Part shown: positions 1 through 11,625 of the stretch, piece after piece
Layout: the number at the start of each line of letters is the position of its first letter
Position numbering within the stretch: position 1 is the first letter of the stretch
Assembly: GCA_050952645.1 (NCBI GenBank)
Contig: JBMNLI010000017.1
Span: 288,001-352,000 of the forward strand
Direction: 5' to 3'
DNA: 64,000 nt
Origin: Bdellovibrionota bacterium
Lineage (GTDB): Bacteria > Bdellovibrionota_C > UBA2361 > CAKMMH01
Position numbers and translations under genes: made by a program
Notes under the pieces: model-generated
Database searches by the model: none
What the model was told of the DNA's origin: nothing
Seen by the model: only the letters and a program-made list of their open reading frames with translations

Positions 1-150
1 TTAATGATGCATTTCTCGTCGTCATTATATACCTTATTTTAATTTTATTTATTTTAAAATTTTATTAAATTTATTTAATAAAAAAATTTAATGAAGACTT
101 AAAAAGTAAATTTAAGAAATCTTCAAGTCTCCATTAACTGATAATAATTT

Positions 151-258
151 TAGTTCTTTGACGTTTTAAAATGGTTTAAGATCTCAAAATTAGCATCACT
201 AGTTCCACGATGCCTAAAAAAACAATTTTTCTAACCCATCTAAAACGTAAAGAACCAT
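151..258. repeat. Intergenic inverted-repeat element, family A (MITE/REP-like)
   Basis: Left arm gttctttgacgttttaaaatgg pairs with right arm ccatctaaaacgtaaagaac; related copies at 2051, 21050, 22824 and 42400. Confidence 0.6.
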
Positions 259-263
259 AATTT

Positions 264-506
264 TTAAGCTTTCTTTGATTCTATGTAAGCTATAACATCA
301 TCAACTTTTTGCATTTTCTCAGCTTCCTCATCTGGGATTTCAAGTTGATACTCTTCTTCTAAAGCCATAATCAACTCAACAATATCTAATGAATCTGCTC
401 CTAAATCTTCAACGAATGAAGCCTCAGGAACAACATCCTCAGCTGCAACACCTAATTGCTCAACTATTATCTCTTTTACTCTTGATGTAATCTCTTCTGA
501 TGCCAT
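264..506 (-). CDS. acpP: Acyl carrier protein
   Basis: 80-aa acidic protein with the [19 protein letters not shown] phosphopantetheine motif. Confidence 0.97.
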   Translation of the reverse strand: MASEEITSRVKEIIVEQLGVAAEDVVPEASFVEDLGADSLDIVELIMALEEEYQLEIPDEEAEKMQKVDDVIAYIESKKA

Positions 507-1090
507 CTTATAATTATCTCCTAATATTAAATTACTTTTTACACTCGATAAATAAAACCACTTAAAACTAAATAAAACTTTTGCTTTTGTTCATATAGTA
601 AAAATGGGATTCTAGAAAAATATCTGTATAAAAATAATTTGTTGGTTTATAAATAAAATAAAAAACTTTAAAAACAAAACTTAAAATTAAGATAATGCTT
701 TAAAGTTTGCTAAAAAAAATTTAAAATAAAGATTTCTATAAAGCGTCTACTAAAGTGCCTACTATAAAATGTCTACTATAAAATGTCTATCTTAAAAGCC
801 ACTTAAGCGAACTTATAAAATATATTCTTATAAATATAAATTTAAGTATAAATAAAAAATCAAATGTTTTAAAATTTAAGAAATCTATTTTAAGTAGGAT
901 AAAATCAACACTTAGATTTTGCAATTAAGAAACATTGTTTAAAAAACAATTTTTCATTAAAAACCATATAACTATTTGTTTTTGTTATACAATACGGGCT
1001 TTGTCTTTAGAATACACATTCTACACTAATTCTTCTACACTAATTCTTCTACATTAGCTCTTCTACTCTAGCTCTTTTACATTAGCTCTT

Positions 1091-1459
1091 TTACACTAGT
1101 TCTATCTCATCTATTATCGCGAGGACATCTTTAGTATCTATAATTCTTAAGTTATCGTCCCAAGGAACTTTTACTCCTACACCTTTAGGAATTAAAACAA
1201 TCGCATTAAGAGGAATACCACTTATGTTTTGTGTAGTATCACTATCTTTATCGATAGCACTCGCTACTTCAATAACTTCAGCAAGAAGGCTATCTTGCAT
1301 TCTTTCTTTGCTACCCTCGGGGAGATATAAACCACCGTCGGTCATATCGTTATCTTTAATTAAGCTAACTACTACTCTTAACCCAATAGGATTAATTTTT
1401 CTTATACTTTTCCCCTTTCTCCAATTAGCGTATTCTTGAGACTCTTTTTTCTTTTCCAA
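1091..1459 (-). CDS. GroES/Cpn10-like co-chaperonin (divergent, no adjacent groEL)
   Basis: INPIGLRVVV...TDGGLYLPEGSKE...AEVIEV...IIDTKDVLAII matches the GroES pattern. Confidence 0.75.
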   Translation of the reverse strand: MEKKKESQEYANWRKGKSIRKINPIGLRVVVSLIKDNDMTDGGLYLPEGSKERMQDSLLAEVIEVASAIDKDSDTTQNISGIPLNAIVLIPKGVGVKVPWDDNLRIIDTKDVLAIIDEIELV

Positions 1460-1688
1460 TTTTCCTTATACCTATTTAAAAAAGATTTAAAAAATTTGTA
1501 TTGATACATTATAGCAAAATATTGTAATATGCTAAAGTAATATGTCATTTGAAAAACAAAAGATTTTTTACAAGTTTATGTTTTAATAAATTTATATTAT
1601 GATAGTTTTGTATAGAGTTATTTTATATAGAGAACTACTTAGTTTTTTTATTAAAATTTTTTATTAAAGTTTTTAAGGGAAAAAACAC

Positions 1689-2000
1689 ATGAGAAAATTA
1701 TTATTAGTGCTTATACTTATTATAACTAGCTTTTTAACTGGCTGTGCTTCTTCAACTCCTGTAGGCGTTGTATACTCGGAGCTAAAACTACCAGTAAACG
1801 TTACGTCTAACGGTCAGGCTTATGCTAGAACTGGTGTAGCTGAATGTAAGAGCGTTTTAGGGTTGGTAGCTTTTGGTGATTGTAGCATTGAGTCGGCTAA
1901 AAAACAGGGCGGAGTTTCTAGGGTATACCATGTAGATTGGGAAGCTAGAAATATTCTTGGCATCTTAGGCGAATATCGTCTAGTTGTTTATGGAGAATAA
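1689..2000 (+). CDS. TRL-like family lipoprotein
   Basis: Lipobox LTGC; GVAECKSVLGLVAFGDCSIESAKKQGG...VYHVD...VYGE is typical of TRL-like proteins. Confidence 0.8.
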   Translation: MRKLLLVLILIITSFLTGCASSTPVGVVYSELKLPVNVTSNGQAYARTGVAECKSVLGLVAFGDCSIESAKKQGGVSRVYHVDWEARNILGILGEYRLVVYGE

Positions 2001-2050
2001 GCCTTAAATTAAGGTCTTTAAATTTAAAGTCTTCACAAAATAAAGATTTT

Positions 2051-2298
2051 TAGCTCTTCACGTTTTAAGTATGCCTCTAGAAAATTCGTTTTAAGGTAGC
2101 TTAAAAAAAATTGGCTTTAGTGTTCGACTCGGTAAGGATTTTTTTAAAAATTATAGCTATTATATAAAGTAATTTCTTTTATGTAATTTCTTTTATGTAA
2201 TTTCTTTGAAGTAATTTCTTTGAAGTCAATTTTTTTTGGGCTTCTTGAAGGAATGGAACTAATTTTGAAAATTTAAAACCACCTTAGAACGTGAAGAA
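2051..2298. repeat. Intergenic inverted-repeat element, family A
   Basis: tagctcttcacgttttaag ... cttagaacgtgaagaac terminal inverted repeats between convergent genes. Confidence 0.6.
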
Positions 2299-2394
2299 CG
2301 AAATTTTTAGCTCACAAAGATTTAAAATCTTTACTTTGTGAAGAATTGTATATTTGTTTTTATTATTTACCATTCCTTAAAAGCTTCTTACAAG

Positions 2395-3663
2395 CTACCT
2401 AATCATCGCAATAGTATTTTCTATCAATGTTCCTGCAACGTTAAAAACTTGAGAATTAGCTTGGTAGCCTCTTTGGTATAAGATCATATCTACAAACTCA
2501 TCTGCTAAGTCGACATTTGAATACTCGAGTGAAGAAGATTTTAAACCGCCAAGACCTTTAGTGCCAGATGCCTCAACTCTAACGTTTCCGCTATCTCCTT
2601 TATACAAATATAAAGAGCTTCCCACTCTTTCAAATGATTGCTTATCTATCGCATCGGCTAACGGAATATTTGCTACATGCACTCTCGTATCATCGTCCAT
2701 AATGGCATAAAAATTTCCATCATTAGAAAACTCATAATCTTTTACACTCGATGCTGAATAACCATCTTGATTAGCTAATGATAAATGAGAAAGAGAGGCA
2801 TATTGCGTAAAGTTTGATAAATCAACAGTAAACTTTCCTGCACTCGCTCCATTAGTATAATTAATATTTAAATTCATCGTAGCATTCGCCTTAGACTCAT
2901 CTGTAAGCGTGCCATCTTCATTAAATTTTAACGAGATAGCATCTCCTATTTTTTCAGGAACTCCACTAAGCTTACCGATCTCACTTCCATCAATGTAAGC
3001 TTGCGCTTTATATTCATTAACGCCCGTTTTAAAAAATGCTACTACCATCCCATGCCTTGCACCTAAGCTATCATAAACATTTATATCGCCAGCTATAAAG
3101 GAAGAAGCTTCACTTATATCTTTAAACGATTGAGGATTATCGGGAATACTTGCTATAGGCATATTTGAGGTAACGTTGCCGTTTAAAAACATTTGTGTAG
3201 TTTCTTTTCCGCCTGTCGATAATAAATTAGCTACTGAGATATTACTTAATCCTGTAGAGTCGCCTTGATAACCTTGCAAAGCGAGACCATCGCTATTTCT
3301 TAAAAGACCGTCCTTGTCCATTTCAAAATTTCCTGCTCTTGAATAATACAAGCTAGTTCCGTCTGATAATATAAAAAAACCATTTCCATCTATGGCGGTA
3401 TCTAAAGCTCGTCCCGTATATTCGATAGTCCCTCCGTGGAACATTATTTTTACATCGCTAATATAAGAACCATTACCACTAGAACCAAGAACGCTAGATT
3501 GCGTCAACTCTTCACCTTGTGGTATTAAGTCCTCAAAATCTGTGCGTGATGATTTAAAACCCGTAGTGCTAGCGTTTGAAATATTATCACCTACTACTGA
3601 AATTGCATTCCCATGAGTATACAAACCTTGTGAACTTGAATAAAGAGCAGTTTCTAATCTCAT
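2395..3663 (-). CDS. flgE: Flagellar hook protein FlgE family
   Basis: N-terminal GDNISNASTTGFK, TGRALDTAIDGNGFF, YSRAGNF; C-terminal LEYSNVDLADEFVDMILYQRGYQAN; 422 aa. Confidence 0.9.
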   Translation of the reverse strand: MRLETALYSSSQGLYTHGNAISVVGDNISNASTTGFKSSRTDFEDLIPQGEELTQSSVLGSSGNGSYISDVKIMFHGGTIEYTGRALDTAIDGNGFFILSDGTSLYYSRAGNFEMDKDGLLRNSDGLALQGYQGDSTGLSNISVANLLSTGGKETTQMFLNGNVTSNMPIASIPDNPQSFKDISEASSFIAGDINVYDSLGARHGMVVAFFKTGVNEYKAQAYIDGSEIGKLSGVPEKIGDAISLKFNEDGTLTDESKANATMNLNINYTNGASAGKFTVDLSNFTQYASLSHLSLANQDGYSASSVKDYEFSNDGNFYAIMDDDTRVHVANIPLADAIDKQSFERVGSSLYLYKGDSGNVRVEASGTKGLGGLKSSSLEYSNVDLADEFVDMILYQRGYQANSQVFNVAGTLIENTIAMIR

Positions 3664-3820
3664 AAAGTTTTTTCCTTGATAAAATTTTTATAAAAATCGA
3701 GAAATTTTTTCCTAAAAAGCGAAAACTTTTCACTAAAAAACTTCCTTAAAATATTAAAAGCAAAAAACTTGCCAAGATAAGGAAGTTTAAGTTAAGATTT
3801 TACCTTCAATTAATTTGCCT

Positions 3821-4714
3821 TCAATTAAAATGTATAACGTGATTGGGCTTTTGAGCAATCCACACCTTTGTTTCCCAAGCTATAGTATCACAAAATTTCT
3901 TAAATTTTTTAAAATCAGAGAAAGCGGTTATATAGATTTTTCTAGACATTACGTTTTTTGCCATCTCTTGAATTTCTTTTATTCTCTTTGGCTCCATAAC
4001 ACTAGATGAAACAACAACTTCTATAAAGTATATTAAATCATTAACTTTATTATATAAAATAACATCAGGCATTTTATTATTAATTGAAATTTCAAAGCCA
4101 AGTTCTTCTAATTTTTCATAGTTTAGTCATAAGTCTTTTTTAGCTGTATCTCCTAAATATAAACATTCTGCATTAGGTGTAAATCTAGGGGCAAATTCTT
4201 CTACCACTTGCTTTTGCAATTCACTATGTTTTCCTATCGATAAAATTAACTCTGTTCCATTTACGTTAACAGGAATTTTTTGAAACTTTCTTTTTTTTGA
4301 ATACAAATCTATCAAAGTGCTATGGTTTGACAAAAAACTTTTTTTACTTATCTCCCAGTTTTTAGTCTTAAAATTTTTTAACAAAATTAAAAATTCATCC
4401 GTAATTCTATATTTATAATTAGGACTATTGGTCGATTGCCCATTATCCTTTATAAAAGCGGCATTCCGAAAATGGTCGATTGCTTGCTTTCTAAAAAGCT
4501 CCCTACTATTCTCTGCATAAGATACATTATAGTAATTTTTTATTATTTGAATGATATCATGAATTCGCTTCCAATTATTTGTCGAACTTCCCCAATTATC
4601 TTTTTCCTTTATTTCTGCTAGAGCAAGCAATGTATATCCACACGCATCACTTTGTTGCTTATGTGATACTTTTAACTCTTTTAAAATAAATTTAGCTTCG
4701 TCTAATTTACTCAT
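3821..4714 (-). pseudogene. BsuBI/PstI-family type II restriction endonuclease, interrupted
   Basis: YAENSRELFRKQAI, TNSPNYKY, VEEFAPRF, LYLGDT, KMPDVILY, IAWETKVWIA motifs; in-frame TGA at 4127-4129 and a shortened C-terminus. Confidence 0.85.
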
Positions 4715-6215
4715 ATATATCTCTCCAAAATCTGATCGCAATTCTCTACAGACATATTTCGAGTATTTATTAGATCTTTTCCCATATTTTCTATTAATTT
4801 TGCAGAGGGCATTGGCATAGAGTTTATTTCAGTCGAGTTAACTTGTGTAGACCCATTGAGAATTCTATAAAATCTATCATATAACGTAGAGTTCAATATA
4901 ACGTATAAGCCAAATACAATACATTCAGATAAGCATTTTAGCCCAGTTATAAAATTTAATTTATCTTGAGTGCTTATCGCATCAAACTTAGAATATTTCT
5001 TAGCAATATAAACGGCATACTGTAATCTTCTTTCTTCTTCCTTCGAGGTAAATCTCTTTACAAATAAATAATTATCGTTCTTTTGTAATAAACTAACCTT
5101 ACTTTTCGATACGAATTTCTCGTCTTTATCTATTGGAAATTGTACTTTTCCATTTTTTATATGTTTAGGATAAAACAACGGAACGGCACCATCTTTATAA
5201 TCATTTACAATAAAATCTTTATTTCTAAAATTTATAGTAAGACCCGTTTTCATTTTGAGCCCCATATCAAGTAGAGTATTATCAAATGTAGCCACTTTTT
5301 GTAATATCTTCAACTCATTTTGATTAGTAACTAAATAAACATATTTATCTTCTCCTGCTACAATAGTGTCATATGGCACATTCATTTCACTTATCTCATT
5401 AAATAAATAACTGTTTTTTGATGTTGAAATGGTAATTTTCTTAGATTTTTTTAAAGATTTTTTTACTTTTAAATCATAGTTTCTTGTAATACATTTTCCT
5501 TAGTGAAAACTTTATTTCGACTTTCAAATAAATGTATATACTCAAGAGAGCCTTCGGATAAAAATTTTTTTCTAAACTTTGTAAAATAAGCCCCAGAAGT
5601 CCAAGACCTAGGAACGATATAAACCATCTCACCATTATCTAACAAATTAAACAGAGACATCTGCATGAAAAGAAAATACAAATTTGGTGCTCCAAAACAA
5701 ATATCTTTCATAGCTATCGCCTGAATATCATTTTTCCTTATTTTTAGATATGGCGGATTCCCTATAATTAAATCATACTTTTGCACGCCTTTACATGCGC
5801 TTAAATTCTCATTATATTCTCAACTCTGACTAGTAATATAATTTTCATTTATTATCGAATAATTAATTTTTTTACCGATTTCATTTTTAATAAAAGATAA
5901 ATTATCATTTAAAGCTTCTATAATTTCTTTATCCATTTCATAACAAATTAAATTTACTTTTTCTATATTAGAAAATTTATTTATCCTTTCTATTAAAGAA
6001 GCACTTAGTATTCCAGTTCCAGCTCCTGGGTCAAGAATGTATATCTCTTTTTTAGATGGTAGCGTAAACAAGCTTGCCATAAAAACTGCGACTTCTTTGC
6101 TCGTAAAAAATTGGCAATAAGGTTTTCTACTCTCTTTTGATTTTGATTGAATATATTTATTTGTCTTGTCTATTACGTAATCAACAATATTCATATTTTC
6201 AAAACTTATCTCCAA
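4711..6215 (-). pseudogene. Eco57I/BsuBI-type N6-adenine methyltransferase, interrupted
   Basis: ILDPGAGTGIL (motif I), IIGNPPY (motif IV), LNGSTQVNSTEIN; in-frame TGA at 5820-5822 and a frameshift near 5470; ATGA overlap with the REase. Confidence 0.88.
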
Positions 6216-6231
6216 TTAATAATCTTTTTTA

Positions 6232-8196
6232 CTAATAGTCTTTAATATTAAAACTAATACTTTCTATGCATGCTCCTAACGCTCTAAAATCATTAGCACT
6301 TTTTAGTTCTTTTTTAGATGTAGTATCAACTAATTTAATCTTTAAATTAACTATATCTTTTTTAGGATAAAATATAAATGAAATTTGCTCTTTCCCCTTA
6401 ACTACAGTTTCTTTTACCTTTTCTTTATTTACTAAGATTTTCATTCTTTGCTTGTCGCCACGTATCCTAAAAATATTTATCCTACCCTCTACTAATTTAT
6501 TTTTAGAATCATCTATCCTAAATCTTAATACAGCCACTTTTCCATCGATTGGAGAACAATTAGCCCTTGCTTTAGGAAGCCCTTTTATAATGTATCTCTT
6601 TGCATTATATTTTTTCTTTCCTAAATAAATAGTATTCTCTTCTTTAAGTTTAGGTATCATTTTTATTTTTATACTTTTCGGAATAGAAATATAACTTTCT
6701 TTATCCGTTAATTTAGAAAGCTTATTATAAAACCACTTAGTATCTTCCTTGTTTTCAAAATACGCCTCTTGCCTAAGCCTAGCCTTATCTTTAGCGGTAG
6801 CTAAAATTTTTCTTACATACCCTCTTTTAGCACTATATATTAAAGGTGTTTGATAATTATAGCCTCCATCTACATGCGTTACACGAGAAGAAAATGTGCT
6901 ATGTAAAGGATTATATAAATAAGGAGCATTATTTAATACATACTTTGCTATAGGTGTAAAATAAACATAGCTCGTATTTGTAGCCATCACTAACCCATAA
7001 CATTGAAGTATTATTGCAGAAATTATAGGAGAAATCGCTAATAGTAAAACGACAAAGCGCTTTAACCATTTACTAGAAATTAGTTTATCAAAATAGATGC
7101 ACACTGCAAATACGATAATAACACTTCCCCAAGCGTTGTATCTTGCAATGCCTGCCATTCCAGAATTTATATGTACCATTAACGAATATGAATACACCAT
7201 TCCTAACCACACTAAACATATAAACACGTATCTAAATTGTTTTTTAAATATTGCTATTACAAAAAGAATAATCGCTAAACTTAAAATTATTGGAAAATAC
7301 GGAAGCACTCCATAGTTTAAATCAAACATATACGCTACTAATCTTCTTAACGTAGTATTATATGGACGATTTAAAGTAAAACCGCTATACGATGCCGTTA
7401 AATTTATATGATTTACATGATAATAATTATATGCTAACGGAACTAAAAAAATTAAAAAACTACTGCCCAATAAAAATATATCTTTTAATTTATTTTTAAA
7501 TCGTAAGATATAACTTTCTCCATTTTGCTTATCGCTTAAAATATTTATAAAATAATCTACTACAATTCCCATACCTATAACTATAACAGTCGGATTCATA
7601 GTCCCAGCAATCGAAATAAATATCGCAGCTCTTTTATACTCCCTGTTATACCAAAAAACTAACGCCATACCTATAAATGCAAAAATAAAAGTTTCAGCAG
7701 ATGGCCAAACGTAATAAAATAAAATAGGATTTATCGTTAATAAAATAATTAACGCAAGTTTCCTAATATCACTTATCTTCATATGCTCCCAAATCAGTAT
7801 CATTAAAAGATAGATGCACGTTAGATTAGTAAGTGTAAAAGCATAAGTAGCAGAAATATTAAAAAATTTTAATAGTAAAATATAGGGCACTGCAAATAAT
7901 GAATACGTAGCAAAATACCATGCCATTTCCTCTCCCGACCTAGTTTTTTTTCCAGAAAGTCTATACTTAGGTAAACTTTCTTCCCAAGCTGGAAAATATT
8001 TTTTTGCCAACTCTACATCACTTTTAGATACGCTTATATTTTGTTCGTTAATAATGGAAATAGCAGGAAGTATATAATCATCGGCCTCTCCAAACGTTTC
8101 TTGCTTACTAGATATACAAAAAACAAGCATCAAGCCCATATAGATACTAAAATATGCTTTAATTATCGCACTTACACTAATTTTAACTCTTGTCAT
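6232..8196 (-). CDS. Polytopic membrane protein, probable GT-C-like glycosyltransferase or glycan-modifying protein
   Basis: About 10-11 hydrophobic segments, acidic GEADDY in the first loop, soluble C-terminal domain. Confidence 0.55.
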   Translation of the reverse strand: MTRVKISVSAIIKAYFSIYMGLMLVFCISSKQETFGEADDYILPAISIINEQNISVSKSDVELAKKYFPAWEESLPKYRLSGKKTRSGEEMAWYFATYSLFAVPYILLLKFFNISATYAFTLTNLTCIYLLMILIWEHMKISDIRKLALIILLTINPILFYYVWPSAETFIFAFIGMALVFWYNREYKRAAIFISIAGTMNPTVIVIGMGIVVDYFINILSDKQNGESYILRFKNKLKDIFLLGSSFLIFLVPLAYNYYHVNHINLTASYSGFTLNRPYNTTLRRLVAYMFDLNYGVLPYFPIILSLAIILFVIAIFKKQFRYVFICLVWLGMVYSYSLMVHINSGMAGIARYNAWGSVIIVFAVCIYFDKLISSKWLKRFVVLLLAISPIISAIILQCYGLVMATNTSYVYFTPIAKYVLNNAPYLYNPLHSTFSSRVTHVDGGYNYQTPLIYSAKRGYVRKILATAKDKARLRQEAYFENKEDTKWFYNKLSKLTDKESYISIPKSIKIKMIPKLKEENTIYLGKKKYNAKRYIIKGLPKARANCSPIDGKVAVLRFRIDDSKNKLVEGRINIFRIRGDKQRMKILVNKEKVKETVVKGKEQISFIFYPKKDIVNLKIKLVDTTSKKELKSANDFRALGACIESISFNIKDY

Positions 8197-8265
8197 TTTT
8201 TAAAATTTCATAACTAAAAAACAAAACTCTTAACTTATATGATATAACTTATATAATAGAGAACC

Positions 8266-8376
8266 TTAGTCTTTTAGGCAACCCATAGGAATAACTAATA
8301 CACCGTCATCACGTCTATAACCATAACGAGTAGCAGTAATAAGTATTTTCAAATCTGGTAAACGAAGAGAACTTCC
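8266..8376 (-). pseudogene. C-terminal remnant of an AAA-14/DUF4143 ATPase gene
   Basis: Own translation LRLPDLKILITATRYGYRRDDGVLVIPMGCLKD* resembles the DUF4143 C-terminus; stop codon immediately upstream and no start. Confidence 0.65.
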
Positions 8377-8402
8377 TTAATGCCTTACTATTATCGTCTA
8401 TC

Positions 8403-8540
8403 AAACCCAAACTTTCCCTTGTTTTACGTATACAATTTTAATTTTAATTACATAACTCATTGAAATCATTTAAAAAAAGTTTTCAAAAGTGCTTGCACAA
8501 AATGCTAAAATAGCATTTGTAAAACAAGAGAAAGTTTAAT
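8403..8540. repeat. Intergenic inverted-repeat element, family B (MITE-like)
   Basis: aaactttcccttgttttac ... gtaaaacaagagaaagttt; ~100 bp nearly identical to 53072-53178. Confidence 0.65.
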
Positions 8541-8752
8541 ATCAAAGGTAAGAATACCACGAGGCAAAGGCTTTTACGAGATATACTTGACAGATTTGAA
8601 GCTTTTTACTTGACACTTTTGATATAAGTTTTAACCAAAAAAAAACTAAAACTTTTAGTTCTTTAACGTTTTAAAAAGGGGGCAAGCCCTCTCAAATAAC
8701 ACCACAAACCACAAGCAAACGAAGCTTAAAAAGAAAATTTTAGGGGTAGATA

Positions 8753-10075
8753 TCAACTTAAAACACTCCTATATACCTTATAAATTTCTTTTGCAGATTT
8801 ATCCCAACTAAGAGAAGCTAGCTCTTTTTTAGATTCTTCTATAAGCTCTTTTCTAGCTTCATTATTATTTAATAAATAAATTATATGCTCTCCTAGTTTA
8901 TCAGAATCCCAATAATCACACTTTAGAGCCGACCTTATAACCTCCGAACAACCAGACTGCTTTGATATAACGATAGCAGAACCATAATATATCGCTTCTA
9001 GTGCCACAATACCAAAAGGCTCTGAAAACGACGGCATTACAAAAACATCTGAAATAGAAAACACTCTTTCTACTTCTTTCTTTTTTAAAAATCCAGTAAA
9101 AATAAAATGGTCATGCACCTGAAGCTCTATAGTTTTCTTAACCATCATTGGCGCTAAGTCTCCATCTCCTGCTACTATAAATTTTACATTCCTTACTTTC
9201 TCTAAAACTTTTTTACTAGCTTCAACAAAAAACTCAGGACCTTTTTGCCACGTAATACGCCCTAAAAAAAGGACTATCTTATACTTTTTTAATTCCTTAG
9301 GTAGTTCATACTTATTTATCTTATTAAACATCATCGCATTATATACAACGGAAATTTTCTCCTTGCAAACGCCATGCTCTCTTACTATCACATTTTTCGT
9401 ATACTCACTTACCGCAATAATGCGATGTGCATAAGTAGTGCCTAACTTTTCAATTAGATTTACAAAATAATCATTACATACTCCCGACCTATCGTATTCT
9501 AAACTATGAATATGCAAAACTAGAGGCTTACTAGTTAGCTTTGAAAGCGCCACAGCTGGAAGCACGGTCATCCAATCGTGAGCATGGATAATATCAAAAT
9601 CATCATCTGAAAAAAAATCGACTACATTAGATGCATATTTTACGACTTGCCTGCCTAGCTTGTTTGTCTTTATGAAATTTTTAAAATCAAAATCTATACA
9701 ACTTCTTAATAATTTAAAACCACTTTTATTTATCTCATTTAATGTTTTTATTTTATAATCTTCTAAAAACTTTTCATATTCCTCGCTAGTCCAATACGGG
9801 TTTAATATCTCAGGGAAAGTAAACTTTTTTATACGCTCTCTAAATTTTAAACTTATTACATCTTTTCTTATCTTGTTTTTTTTATTTTTTTTATTTTTTT
9901 TTGGCTCTACTAAAGTCATATGATGCGCATTTTCATCTCCGTAAACTTTAGGAAGTGCAAAAGTTAAATCTATACTACGAATTTTAGATAATGCTGTGGT
10001 TATGCCTAAACAAGCCGTCCCTAAACCTCCGTTGATATGTGGTGGATATTCCCAACCAAGCATTAGTACTTTCAT
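8753..10075 (-). CDS. GT4 glycosyltransferase (glycogen synthase-like)
   Basis: MKVLMLGWEYPPHINGGLGTAC, IIHAHDWMT, FLGRITWQKG, PSFSEPFGIVALEA. Confidence 0.9.
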   Translation of the reverse strand: MKVLMLGWEYPPHINGGLGTACLGITTALSKIRSIDLTFALPKVYGDENAHHMTLVEPKKNKKNKKNKIRKDVISLKFRERIKKFTFPEILNPYWTSEEYEKFLEDYKIKTLNEINKSGFKLLRSCIDFDFKNFIKTNKLGRQVVKYASNVVDFFSDDDFDIIHAHDWMTVLPAVALSKLTSKPLVLHIHSLEYDRSGVCNDYFVNLIEKLGTTYAHRIIAVSEYTKNVIVREHGVCKEKISVVYNAMMFNKINKYELPKELKKYKIVLFLGRITWQKGPEFFVEASKKVLEKVRNVKFIVAGDGDLAPMMVKKTIELQVHDHFIFTGFLKKKEVERVFSISDVFVMPSFSEPFGIVALEAIYYGSAIVISKQSGCSEVIRSALKCDYWDSDKLGEHIIYLLNNNEARKELIEESKKELASLSWDKSAKEIYKVYRSVLS

Positions 10076-10131
10076 AAAAATTCTAAAACTATAAAAACAT
10101 TCTAGCTTACATATAGCTAGTTTATATAAAA

Positions 10132-11625
10132 CTAATTTAAACAGAGCTTAAGTTTATCTAAATTATCTTTCTTGATAAAAACTGAAAATCCGCTCTCTCT
10201 TTTATCTTCAAAAACTTTACACCAATTTTCTTTATCGAGTTCTAAAATACGAACTAACGGGCTTACGTTTGGCCAGAGAATAGTTTTAGGATTTACGTAT
10301 TTTATATACTCTTGCCAATCTGCTTTACCCTCAAAAGCGTTTTGCATAAGCTTAAATACTTTTTTGGAGTTTACGCTAAGTCTTCCATCGACTATCACTT
10401 TTGTTAAAGGCTCTCCTTTTTTATTTGAAAAATTATAAATAAGGTATCCTCCTTCTCTAAAAGCATTTAATATCGGATACTCTAATTTATTATCTTTTAT
10501 AAACTCTACCGCCGCTATCGGAGTGATAACATCATCTATCTTATTTGCTTCCTTTTTTAAAAGTGAATTAACACAAACTATTATTAAACATAAAAGCAAA
10601 AAAGCTCCCCCTTCTCCTGAAAAATATAATAGAAAATTTTTTAATTTTTTAAGAGCCTCATTTAAATGTAGCGCCTCCTTTCCATAATCGACGCTCCATA
10701 ATACGCAGATTGCAAAAGATAAAAGAACTAAAGCATAAGGCATCATAGTTTCAAAAACTAACCCAAGTAAAAGAAAAACAACTAATACACATACTTTTAA
10801 TTTTGTTATAGATTTTGAAGAAAAATAGTGTAGCATTAAGAAAAATAAGCCTAAAATCGATAAGAAACCTACTCCATAACTAACTATATATTTTACTTTA
10901 TAATTAATCCCATATTTTAAAATATCTATAACATAAGACTCTCCTGCCCCTATTTGACTAAACACATAGCTTATGTTTGAACAAAATGATAACCACTCTC
11001 CCCCAAAATAAGGCGTAAATAAAGTGCCTAAAAAAGGAATTAAAAATAGCTTATAAGTATGTTTGTCAAATGTTTTAAACCCCAAAAGACAGAAAACAAA
11101 AACTCCTAAAACTGAACTTAGATGAGAGTTTGCCCAAAAAGCAAAGGTTAAAAATACTTTAATATACAGTTTTTTATTCCAACCTTTTTTATATACCTCA
11201 TCTGCAAAATAAATAGACAAAGCAAAAAACGGTAGAGAAAACATTTTAGGAGAAAGCGTAAAGTGTTCTGCAAAAGACGCTAGCACGATAACTCCTAGCA
11301 ATGCACCAAAAAAATTATCTTTCGATATTTTTTGAAAAATTTTGACTAGTACATACCCAAGGACTACGCCTAAAATAATTTTAAAAAATAATAAACCTAT
11401 GCTGCCAAAATACTTATCTATAAGAGCATAAAAAACTTCGGGGAGCCAAGAAGTAGCTCTAAAAATTCCACTTGAATACGCATTCCAATGGTCTGTAAGT
11501 GGAAACCCGTGTGCTAAGATCCATCTTCCTGCCACCATATGTCCCCATAAATTAGGCTCCTCTACAACTCCCGTAATATGGATAGAGGATAAAAGGATAA
11601 TAAAAAAAGTAATCAATTTATTCAT
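10132..11625 (-). CDS. Polytopic membrane protein (GT-C-like)
   Basis: EPNLWGHMVAGRWIL, SWLPEV, FWANSH, EGGYLIY, VIVDGR pattern with many TM segments. Confidence 0.6.
   Translation of the reverse strand: MNKLITFFIILLSSIHITGVVEEPNLWGHMVAGRWILAHGFPLTDHWNAYSSGIFRATSWLPEVFYALIDKYFGSIGLLFFKIILGVVLGYVLVKIFQKISKDNFFGALLGVIVLASFAEHFTLSPKMFSLPFFALSIYFADEVYKKGWNKKLYIKVFLTFAFWANSHLSSVLGVFVFCLLGFKTFDKHTYKLFLIPFLGTLFTPYFGGEWLSFCSNISYVFSQIGAGESYVIDILKYGINYKVKYIVSYGVGFLSILGLFFLMLHYFSSKSITKLKVCVLVVFLLLGLVFETMMPYALVLLSFAICVLWSVDYGKEALHLNEALKKLKNFLLYFSGEGGAFLLLCLIIVCVNSLLKKEANKIDDVITPIAAVEFIKDNKLEYPILNAFREGGYLIYNFSNKKGEPLTKVIVDGRLSVNSKKVFKLMQNAFEGKADWQEYIKYVNPKTILWPNVSPLVRILELDKENWCKVFEDKRESGFSVFIKKDNLDKLKLCLN

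Noticed and set aside
3821..6215. TGA recoding (genetic code 4/25) suggested by in-frame TGAs in the R-M genes
   Set aside because: Intact genes here end in TGA (e.g. GT4 gene, ispA, L3) and long core genes have no internal TGA; the M gene also has a frameshift.
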